Shown: piece after piece, positions 46,423 to 54,129 of the stretch
How the letters are laid out: every line of letters begins with the position of its first letter
How positions within the stretch are numbered: the stretch's first letter is position 1
Assembly: GCA_903831095.1 (NCBI GenBank)
Contig: CAIKWD010000021.1
Span: forward strand, 1,518 to 65,517
From: Candidatus Staskawiczbacteria bacterium
Lineage (GTDB): Bacteria > Patescibacteriota > Minisyncoccia > Minisyncoccales > Staskawiczbacteraceae
DNA length: 64,000 nt
Reading direction: 5' to 3'
The notes under the pieces: model-generated
What the model was told of the DNA's origin: nothing
The model's input: only the letters and a program-made list of their open reading frames with translations
Databases searched by the model: none
Position numbers and translations under genes: made by a program

Positions 46423-48087
46423 ATGCAAATCGAAACAAAACAATGCCAAAGCTGTAAGAAGGACTTTAATATAGAGCCTGATGATTTTGCGTTCTATGAA
46501 AAAATGGGCGTGCAACCACCAGTTTCTTGCCCAGACTGCAGATTTAAAATAAGAGCTCAATTTAGAAATGAGACGACTTTGTATTCCAGAAAGTGCGATT
46601 TGTGCGAGCGCGCCATTGTTTCTATGTATAACCCCAGCTCTCCTTATACGGTTTACTGTGAAGAGTGCTACAGATCAGACAATTGGGATCCTTTTTCTTA
46701 TGGTCAGGATTACAATCCCAACAAGCTATTTTTTGAACAGCTGGGAGAATTATTCAAGCGAGTTCCCAAAATGGCAATTTTTTCAGACCACAGCAGGCCA
46801 AGCATAAACAGCGAATATATAAATTATTCCGGAGGAAACAAAAATTGCTATTTGCTTTTTAATGGGGGAGATTCGGAAAATTCCATGTATTCCAGGGGTA
46901 CTAGGTTTTTGAAAGACACTTCGGACATTTATTTTGGTCAAAAGCTGGAGCGATGCTACCAAGGGATAAATGTGAACCAGTCAAATGGAGTGAGGTTTGG
47001 CAAGAATGTTACCGGAAGCGTGGACTCGGATTTTTTATATGACTCGGTCAATGCGCAGGATTGCTTTGGATGCGTGAACTTGAGGCACAAAAATAATTAT
47101 TTTTTAAATGAACCATTAAACAAAGAAACTTATAAAAATAAAACAGAAAATATTAGGGGAAGTTATTCTAAAACCAAAGATTTTTTAGAACAGTTTAAAA
47201 AGTTTAGTTTGAAATTTCCAAGGCGTGAGAATAATAATTTGAAAACCACAGACTGCTCGGGAGACTATATTTTTGAATCGAAGAACTGCCACAATTGTTT
47301 TGAAACAGCTGTTTGCGAAAACTGCAAGTACGGATTTTTCATTAAGAATTCAAAAGACTGCTATGATGTGACAGGTTATGGCTACAGCGCCGAACTTTTG
47401 CTTGAATGCGCTGGAGTTGGGTTTTCACAAAATGTTATTGGGACTTTTTGGGCTGAGAGTTCACACGACATTGAATATTGCTTTAGTATGTTTACTAGCG
47501 AATATTGTTTGGGATGCAGTGACTTAAACCATGCGCAATATGCGATTTTAAACAAAAAATACACAAAAGAGGAGTTTGAATCGCTAAGGCAACAAATTTT
47601 GAATGAATTAAAGCTCAAAGGTATTTATGGTTCTTTTATGCCGCCTGCTATTGCGCCATTTAGTTATAATGAGACAATTGCTCAAGATTACATGCCACTT
47701 TCAAAGGGAGAGGCCGTAGCTCAAGGTTACACTTGGCAAGACAACCTTCAAATAACAAAAGGCAGGGAAACCGTGAAATCGGAAAATATTCCTGACAACA
47801 TCAAGGACGTGCCCGATTCAATTGAGAAAGAAATTTTGGTTTGCATTAGTTGTGGGAGAAACTATCGAATTATAAAACAGGAGTTGGAATTTTATCGCAA
47901 GGAAAATCTTCCAATCCCGCGGGAATGTTTTTATTGCAGACATAAGCAAAGAGTGAAGGAATCCGGCGGGCTTAAATTTTATGAAAGAAAGTGTGACAAA
48001 TGTAGCAAACAAATTAAAACAACATATGCCCCAAATTGCCCAGAAATTGTTTACTGTGAAGAATGTTATCAGCAGGAAGTGATATAA
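46423..48087 (+). CDS. Cys-rich multi-zinc-ribbon repeat protein, paralog 9 (both terminal double-ribbon modules intact)
   Basis: ATG at 46423 (MQIETKQCQSC...) replaces the ORF-track start at 46285, which lies inside paralog 8. The N-terminal 76-aa module and the C-terminal 76-aa module align without gaps. Confidence 0.9.
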   Translation: MQIETKQCQSCKKDFNIEPDDFAFYEKMGVQPPVSCPDCRFKIRAQFRNETTLYSRKCDLCERAIVSMYNPSSPYTVYCEECYRSDNWDPFSYGQDYNPNKLFFEQLGELFKRVPKMAIFSDHSRPSINSEYINYSGGNKNCYLLFNGGDSENSMYSRGTRFLKDTSDIYFGQKLERCYQGINVNQSNGVRFGKNVTGSVDSDFLYDSVNAQDCFGCVNLRHKNNYFLNEPLNKETYKNKTENIRGSYSKTKDFLEQFKKFSLKFPRRENNNLKTTDCSGDYIFESKNCHNCFETAVCENCKYGFFIKNSKDCYDVTGYGYSAELLLECAGVGFSQNVIGTFWAESSHDIEYCFSMFTSEYCLGCSDLNHAQYAILNKKYTKEEFESLRQQILNELKLKGIYGSFMPPAIAPFSYNETIAQDYMPLSKGEAVAQGYTWQDNLQITKGRETVKSENIPDNIKDVPDSIEKEILVCISCGRNYRIIKQELEFYRKENLPIPRECFYCRHKQRVKESGGLKFYERKCDKCSKQIKTTYAPNCPEIVYCEECYQQEVI

Positions 48088-48099
48088 TAAACAAAAAAT

Positions 48100-49908
48100 A
48101 TGAACCAAGAAACCCTTCGACCTGGCTCAGGGCAGGTCAAACAATGCCAAAGTTGTAAAAAAGACTTTACCATAGAGTCGGAAGATTTTGATTTTTACGA
48201 GAAGATGAAAGTGCCCTCGCCAACTTGGTGCCCAGACTGCAGACTGCAAAGGCGAATGGTTACCCGTAACGAGCACTTTTTGTACAAGACAAAATGCGCA
48301 AGAACCGGGAAGACAATATTCAGCATGTATCCTGTCACTGCCAAACTGAATGTTTGGGATGTTAATGAATGGACAAAAGATGATTGGAACCAGGAAGAAT
48401 TTGGGAAAGATTATGACTTTTCACGGCCATTTTTTGAGCAGTTTAAGGAATTGTTGCAGATTACTCCTGTTCCGTGCAAGTCGGTAACTCAGCTTGTAAA
48501 CAGCGATTACAGCAACAACAGTAGTTATTTGAAAGACTGCTATTTGAGTTTTGGAGTGACTCATGGTGAAAATCTTTTGTACTGCGAAAACATAACCGGT
48601 TCTAAAGATTGTGTAGACTCATCATTTATTTTGAACGGAGAACTTTCTTATGATTGTTTTTTTAATTTAAAGTGCGCGAGGGCTTTTTATTCCTCATACT
48701 GCACAGACTGCCACAGCATTTATTTTTGCCGAGAGTGCTTGGGATGCACTGATTGTTTTGGTTGTTTTGGACTTCGCAATAAGTCTTTTTATATTTTCAA
48801 CGAGCCATATTTAAAAGAAGAATACCATAAAAAACTGGAGGAATTTAAATTGTCTTCGCGCAAATCTGTTGAGGAAATGAAGAAAAAAGCCGGTGAATTT
48901 TGGCTGAGGCATCCGGTAAAATATGTCAGGAGCTATAAAAATGAAAACTGCTTGGGCGAATACCTAACCAATTCCAAGAATGTTCAGAAAAGTTATTATG
49001 TAAATGGAGGAGAAAATTTGAAATACTGCCATTCGCTGTACAATGCTCCTGCCAAGGATTCTTATGACCATTACAGATATGGGCTGAATTCCGAGCTCAT
49101 ATATGACTGCTCGTCTTGTGGAGACCAGATTTCAAATTTGAAATTTTCTTACGGGTGTTTTAATAATTGCCGAAATATAGAATATTGTTTTTATTGCCAG
49201 AGGTCTTCAAATTTGTTTGGATGCGCCGGATTGTATGGAAAGGAATATCACATTTTTAACAAACAATACACTAAGGAAGAATATGAAGAGTTGGTGCCAA
49301 AAATTAGAGAGCAAATGAGTAAAATGACATACACTGACAAGAAGGGGAGAGTTTTTGCCTACGGAGAATATTTTCCGCCGGAAATAAGTCCGCTTGCATA
49401 CAATGAAAGCATTGCCTATGAATATTTTCCTTTGACTAAGGAAGGTGCAGAAGAATATGGTATGAGCTGGAGTGAAATTGCGGAAAAAAATTATGCTTCA
49501 ACAATTAAGTTTGAAAATATTCCTGATTTGCTGGAAGATGTTGCAGACTCCATAACAGGCGAAGTGTTAGAATGCGCTCACCACGACAAGAAGTGTAGCC
49601 ACCAATGTACAACTGCCTTTAAGATAATTCCCCAGGAGCTGGCTTTTTATAAACGGTTTAATATACCGCTTCCAAAGCTTTGCCCAAACTGTCGATATTT
49701 TGAGAGAATTTCTGTACGCGCACCAATTAAATTGTGGAAGTGCAAATGCAATTGTGCTGGAACAAAATCGGAAAATGGAATTTATACAAACCTTGCCAAA
49801 CATCAGCATGGAGATGAAAAATGCGTAAATGAGTTTGAGACAAGCTATGCGCCAGAAAGGCCAGAGATAGTTTATTGTGAAAGCTGTTATCAGCAAGAAG
49901 TAGCATAA
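48100..49908 (+). CDS. Cys-rich multi-zinc-ribbon repeat protein, paralog 10 (N-terminal 8-codon insertion, extended C-terminal ribbon)
   Basis: MNQETLRPGSGQVKQCQSCKKDFTIESEDFDFYEKMKVPSPTWCPDCR ... CAHHDKKCSHQC ... IPLPKLCPNCR ... ETSYAPERPEIVYCESCYQQEVA. Confidence 0.9.
   Translation: MNQETLRPGSGQVKQCQSCKKDFTIESEDFDFYEKMKVPSPTWCPDCRLQRRMVTRNEHFLYKTKCARTGKTIFSMYPVTAKLNVWDVNEWTKDDWNQEEFGKDYDFSRPFFEQFKELLQITPVPCKSVTQLVNSDYSNNSSYLKDCYLSFGVTHGENLLYCENITGSKDCVDSSFILNGELSYDCFFNLKCARAFYSSYCTDCHSIYFCRECLGCTDCFGCFGLRNKSFYIFNEPYLKEEYHKKLEEFKLSSRKSVEEMKKKAGEFWLRHPVKYVRSYKNENCLGEYLTNSKNVQKSYYVNGGENLKYCHSLYNAPAKDSYDHYRYGLNSELIYDCSSCGDQISNLKFSYGCFNNCRNIEYCFYCQRSSNLFGCAGLYGKEYHIFNKQYTKEEYEELVPKIREQMSKMTYTDKKGRVFAYGEYFPPEISPLAYNESIAYEYFPLTKEGAEEYGMSWSEIAEKNYASTIKFENIPDLLEDVADSITGEVLECAHHDKKCSHQCTTAFKIIPQELAFYKRFNIPLPKLCPNCRYFERISVRAPIKLWKCKCNCAGTKSENGIYTNLAKHQHGDEKCVNEFETSYAPERPEIVYCESCYQQEVA
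48113..48138. repeat. GC-rich element, copy 2 (inverted), inside the paralog 10 coding sequence
   Basis: cccttcgacctggctcagggcaggtc. The 24 nt at 48114-48137 form an exact in-frame insertion relative to paralog 3 (gaaac|caaacaatg). Confidence 0.7.
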
Positions 49909-49917
49909 AAATAATAT

Positions 49918-49942
49918 ATAACAGACTAAATTAGTCGGTTAT
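49918..49942 (+). repeat. Intercistronic palindromic hairpin, copy 2
   Basis: ATAACAGACTAAaTTAGTCGGTTAT. Same offset (10 nt) after the paralog 10 stop. The whole 51-nt spacer is homologous to 44701-44750. Confidence 0.6.
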
Positions 49943-49959
49943 GTGGTTAAAAAAATATT

Positions 49960-51657
49960 ATGAACACAGAGGCAAAAAATACTTCGGCGGACTCAGCGCG
50001 AGTTTGCCAAAGTTGCAAAAAAGACTTTAATATAGAGCCGGAGGATTTTAATTTTTATGAAAAAATAAAAGTGCCTGCTCCTGTGTGGTGCCCTGAATGC
50101 AGGCTGGTAAAAAGACTTGCTTGGAGAAATGAGAGGGCGCTTTTTAAGCGTAAGTGTGATATGTGCCAGAAAGATAAAATTGTTATGTTCCCGCAAAACA
50201 GCCAATACAAAGTTTATTGCTATGAGTGTTGGTGGTCTGACAATTGGGATGCCTCAGTTTATGCAAGAAATTATGATTTGAGTAGGCCATTTTTTTCTCA
50301 GTTTGACGAGCTTTTTAGAGCAGTGCCAAGAATGGGGATTATTCAGCAGGGGCGAAACACAAACAGTGATTATGTTAACAGGGCAAGTGACAACAAAAAC
50401 TGCTACTTAATTTTTGCTTCTGGAACCAATGAAAATTGTTCGTATGGAACTTCAGTGTGGGATTCGAAAGATAGTATGGACAACTACAACATCCATTCGT
50501 CTGAATTGTGCTTTGAGTGTATTGACTGCTTTGGCTCTAGTAAATTGATGTACTCGAGAGAGTGCATTTCCTGCGTAAATTCCGCATTTTTATTGAACTG
50601 CAAAAATTGTGCGGACTGTTTTGGGTGTGCAAATTTGAGAAACAAAAATTACTGCATTTTTAACGAACAGTTTACAAAGGATGAGTATAGAGAGCAGATT
50701 GAAAAAATAATGCCAAAGAAGAACAGCGAGGTTGAAGCCATGAAAATTAAAACATCTGAATTTTTTGCAAAACAAATTGTTCCTGCTTTGGTGGAAAACC
50801 ACAGCGTTGAAGTTACCGGAAATTGGCTGGAAGAATGTAAAAACGTAAAAGCTGGGTTTAATTGCGAAAAAGTAGAAGATGGAAAATATCTTTTTGGAAT
50901 TCAAAATGCAAAAGACGTAATGGATCACACATATTGGGGACATTCGTCTGAGTTGATTTATGAGTGTTCAAGTATTGGCAGGCAGTGCTCGCAGGTGTAT
51001 TTTTCAAACGAATGTTGGGATCAACTTGTGCGGGCTCAATACTGTGTTAATTGCCACAGCTCGTCTGACTTATTTGGATGCGTTGGTTTAAGGAAAAAAC
51101 AATACTGCATTTTAAACAAACAATATACCAAGGAAGAATATGAAAAAATAGTTGCAGAAATTAAAAAGCAACCATTTTACGGTTTAACTTTTCCATTGGA
51201 TATTTATGCATTTGCATATAACGAAACAATTGCTCAGGAAATTTTTCCTATTACAAAAGAAGAGGCAACAAAGCAGGGTTATAGGTGGATTAGCCCCGAG
51301 GCAAAGAATTACAATATTACTTTGGAGGCTGAAAATGTGCCTGATTCTATTGAAGAAGTTGGCGAACAAATTTTGAAGGAAACAATTGGATGCGAACATA
51401 AAGGAGAATGTAATCACCAGTGTACCAACGCTTTTAAGGTTACAATAAACGATTTGAATTTTTATAAGCGTATGGGCATTGCAGTTCCTAAACTTTGTCC
51501 AAATTGCCGACATTTTGCCAGACTTGCTCAACGCAACCCAATTAAGCTTTATGATCGAACATGTGCAAAGTGTGGGAACTCAATTAAAACTTCTTATGCG
51601 CCAGAGAGGCCGGAAATAGTTTATTGTGAAAGCTGTTATCAGCGAGAAGTGGTATAA
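49960..51657 (+). CDS. Cys-rich multi-zinc-ribbon repeat protein, paralog 11
   Basis: CQSCKKDFNIEPEDFNFYEKIKVPAPVWCPECR followed by an intact CDMCQKDKIVMFPQNSQYKVYCYEC ... CEHKGECNHQC ... CAKCGNSIKTSYAPERPEIVYCESCYQREVV. Confidence 0.9.
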   Translation: MNTEAKNTSADSARVCQSCKKDFNIEPEDFNFYEKIKVPAPVWCPECRLVKRLAWRNERALFKRKCDMCQKDKIVMFPQNSQYKVYCYECWWSDNWDASVYARNYDLSRPFFSQFDELFRAVPRMGIIQQGRNTNSDYVNRASDNKNCYLIFASGTNENCSYGTSVWDSKDSMDNYNIHSSELCFECIDCFGSSKLMYSRECISCVNSAFLLNCKNCADCFGCANLRNKNYCIFNEQFTKDEYREQIEKIMPKKNSEVEAMKIKTSEFFAKQIVPALVENHSVEVTGNWLEECKNVKAGFNCEKVEDGKYLFGIQNAKDVMDHTYWGHSSELIYECSSIGRQCSQVYFSNECWDQLVRAQYCVNCHSSSDLFGCVGLRKKQYCILNKQYTKEEYEKIVAEIKKQPFYGLTFPLDIYAFAYNETIAQEIFPITKEEATKQGYRWISPEAKNYNITLEAENVPDSIEEVGEQILKETIGCEHKGECNHQCTNAFKVTINDLNFYKRMGIAVPKLCPNCRHFARLAQRNPIKLYDRTCAKCGNSIKTSYAPERPEIVYCESCYQREVV

Positions 51658-51679
51658 TAACTTAATTAATTTATTTATT

Positions 51680-52735
51680 ATGAGATTTAAAAAAATAACA
51701 GATATTAGTGTAATAAGCAAACGTGTTTTAGTAAGATGCGATTTCAATGTTCCTATGGATGAAAAGGGAAATATTTCTGACGATTTTAGAATAAAACAGA
51801 CCTTGCCAACAATAAAATATTTGATGGACGACCACTCGAGAATAATTTTAATGTGCCATTTGGGTGAGCCCGAAGGACAAGTTGTTCCAGAGCTTAGGGT
51901 AAACAAGATTGCTGAGAGACTGTCTGAGTATCTTAATTGCTCGGTTTTAAAGGCAGATGACTGCATTGGGCCTGAAATTGAAAGCGAAGCCAACACTTTG
52001 GGTGCAGGAGAAATTTTGCTTTTGGAAAACTTGAGATTTCACAAGGAGGAAACAGACAACAACCCAGAGTTTGCAAAAAAGCTTTCATATTTGGGTGACG
52101 TATATGTAAATGATGCTTTTGGAGTTTGCCATAGGAATAACGCTTCAATAACAGAAGTTCCCGAGATAATGCCTCATTGTGCAGGATTTTTGCTGGAAAA
52201 GGAAATTACAACATTGGAAAAAATTATGAAAGAAGGCCCAGAGGGCGCTCAAAAGCCTATGGTGGCAATTATCGGCGGAAAAAAAGTTGAGACAAAGGCA
52301 AAATTCATCGACAACATTTCAGAAGTGGCAGACTACGTGATAGTCAGCGGATTGATTGCAAAAGAAGTAGCTGAGAAGGGTATAAAGTTCAAATATCCTG
52401 AGAAGATAATAACTCCTTTGGGGCAATTGGATGCTTTGGATATTAGCAAAGATTCTATTAAATTGTTTCGCGAAAAAATAATGCAGGCAAAAACAGTTTT
52501 GTGGAATGGGCCTTTTGGAAAGTTTGAGGAAAGGAAATATGCCAAAGGTTCTTTGGCAATTGCCGAGGCAATTATAGAAAGCGGAGCATTTTCAGTGGTG
52601 GGAGGAGGCGAGACTGTTGAATTTATTACCAAACAGGGTATGATTGATAAGTTCAGCCATGTTTCAACCGGAGGAGGTGCAATGCTGTCATTTTTGAGCG
52701 GAGACAAGCTTCCTGGACTTGAAGCGCTGAAATAA
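51680..52735 (+). CDS. pgk: Phosphoglycerate kinase
   Basis: VLVRCDFNVPMD, FRIKQTLPTIKYL, LENLRFHKEE, VNDAFGVCHR, GGGETV, STGGGAMLSFL. ATG at 51680 is preferred over the 51626 ORF-track start. Confidence 0.9.
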   Translation: MRFKKITDISVISKRVLVRCDFNVPMDEKGNISDDFRIKQTLPTIKYLMDDHSRIILMCHLGEPEGQVVPELRVNKIAERLSEYLNCSVLKADDCIGPEIESEANTLGAGEILLLENLRFHKEETDNNPEFAKKLSYLGDVYVNDAFGVCHRNNASITEVPEIMPHCAGFLLEKEITTLEKIMKEGPEGAQKPMVAIIGGKKVETKAKFIDNISEVADYVIVSGLIAKEVAEKGIKFKYPEKIITPLGQLDALDISKDSIKLFREKIMQAKTVLWNGPFGKFEERKYAKGSLAIAEAIIESGAFSVVGGGETVEFITKQGMIDKFSHVSTGGGAMLSFLSGDKLPGLEALK

Positions 52736-52739
52736 TAAT

Positions 52740-53972
52740 ATGAAAAGCGAATCAGGATTATCATCACAACAAGATCAGGCTCCACAGGATTCAGGTTTAA
52801 CGGATTTTCAGTTTAATGCTGAAGAGACCAATAAAAGAATTAATGAAGCCAAGGAAGCTTCTGAAAAGGTTAAGGTTCACCTAGTAGGGTTGAATTGCAA
52901 GCCGGCTTCTTCTGACGAATTAGAAAAAATACTTGAAGATAACACTGAAGGGAATATATCTTTAGAAAGGCTAGAAGAATTAGCAAAAAAAGAAGAATCA
53001 ATTTCCTATGTTTTGGAAAATGCTGATTGCGGTTATTTAGATAGGGATAATTTAAGGGATGCAAGATATTTTACAATAAGTGAAATAGCCAAAAGGGCAG
53101 AAGAGAGAGTAGAGTTGCTGGAAAAGGCCAAGGAAGAGATTAAAAATTTCAACGGGGATCAACCAGCATTGCAAAGGCTTTATGACGAATATTCAATTAA
53201 GGAGAAAAGGCTGTTTGGTACTGACGAAAAAACTGGCAAGGTATTTTTGAAAAAAATGAGCGAAAGAGATATGAAAGTGGTGCAAAAGAAGTTTGATGAA
53301 AGAATTGAAAGGGATAAATGGTTTGGTAGTGAAATTTCCAATGTTTTAACTTCTGGAAGAACAGGCATAGATATTGGAGTTTTAATGGTTTCCAAAGACA
53401 GAACAAAAATGAATGAAGGCGACGAAATTGGAGGTATGGGGGGCTTTTATATTGTAAGAGGAGAATGCAAGGGAGAATTAAATAAAATTGGGCTCATAGC
53501 TATGCCTTTATTTTTAGACCCATATATTTTAAAGCATGAATATGCGCACTTTGAAGATTTGATTCATAGCGACGAAAAAAGATTGAAATTTGACGCATTT
53601 ATTACAGAAATCAACAGCTTTTTTTTAGCCCATCCGGAAAAATTGTCGAAAGAAAATGCAGCTAAGGTTTTTGAAAATATGAAAGAAATTATTGTAAACG
53701 ATTACGTTGGAAAAAAGATATCTGAAATGGCAAGTTTGAAGGTAGAATCTGAACAGTTACCCGAGCAAATTTTTGAAAACCAAAAAGAAAAAGTTGAGCG
53801 TTCTATAGATATTATTGAACGCCTGTACAAGAAGGGTTTTTCTGAACATATTATAAATTCAATGCTAATGCACGCGAATACCTTTGAAGATATTATTCAG
53901 TGGGAAAATGTTGAAGATAAGGATCTTAAGGGGTTGTTGGCAGATGAAAAAGATGTTACCGAAATTGCATAA
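52740..53972 (+). CDS. Hypothetical acidic protein with HExxH motif
   Basis: 410 aa; LKHEYAHFEDL (HEYAH); no signal peptide; no family recognised. Confidence 0.4.
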   Translation: MKSESGLSSQQDQAPQDSGLTDFQFNAEETNKRINEAKEASEKVKVHLVGLNCKPASSDELEKILEDNTEGNISLERLEELAKKEESISYVLENADCGYLDRDNLRDARYFTISEIAKRAEERVELLEKAKEEIKNFNGDQPALQRLYDEYSIKEKRLFGTDEKTGKVFLKKMSERDMKVVQKKFDERIERDKWFGSEISNVLTSGRTGIDIGVLMVSKDRTKMNEGDEIGGMGGFYIVRGECKGELNKIGLIAMPLFLDPYILKHEYAHFEDLIHSDEKRLKFDAFITEINSFFLAHPEKLSKENAAKVFENMKEIIVNDYVGKKISEMASLKVESEQLPEQIFENQKEKVERSIDIIERLYKKGFSEHIINSMLMHANTFEDIIQWENVEDKDLKGLLADEKDVTEIA

Positions 53973-54012
53973 AATTTAAATAATATATCTCGGCAACAAA
54001 CTTTTTTCATCG

Positions 54013-54102
54013 CTCGGCAACAAACTTTTTTCCGTTGCTGGTAACCCCCTTTGTCCTACTGGACAAGTGGACCAGGGACTGCAAAAAGTTCATTACCTCG
54101 CT
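54013..54102. repeat. About 90-nt intergenic repeat, copy A (preceded by an extra half-copy of its 5' module at 53989-54012)
   Basis: ctcggcaacaaacttttttccgttgctggtaaccccctttgtcctactggacaagtggaccagggactgcaaaaagttcattacctcgct. About 85-90% identical to 62857-62948. Confidence 0.75.
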
Positions 54103-54129
54103 TTGTGGATTAACTACGTATAGATATAT

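Noticed and set aside
28986-51657. Could the ~1.7-kb periodic repeats be a CRISPR array, a satellite or a mobile-element pile-up?
   Set aside because: The period equals a full-length intact ORF, and the repeats are the conserved 5' and 3' ends of protein-coding paralogs. No short direct repeat/spacer structure, cas genes, transposase, integrase or terminal inverted repeats are visible.
28986-51657. Diversity-generating retroelement as the source of paralog variation
   Set aside because: No reverse transcriptase ORF and no template/variable repeat pair with adenine-specific mismatches was seen. Divergence is spread across the cores and includes indels.
51580-52785. Minus-strand ORFs 51580-51996, 51933-52148 and 52333-52785
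   Set aside because: They lie antisense to the well-supported pgk gene and the end of paralog 11, and no motifs were recognised. The same reasoning applies to the other antisense ORFs inside secA (15027-15365), dinB, the paralogs (for example 40810-41247, 50590-50943, 51184-51531), the ATPases and rnhA (62346-62804).
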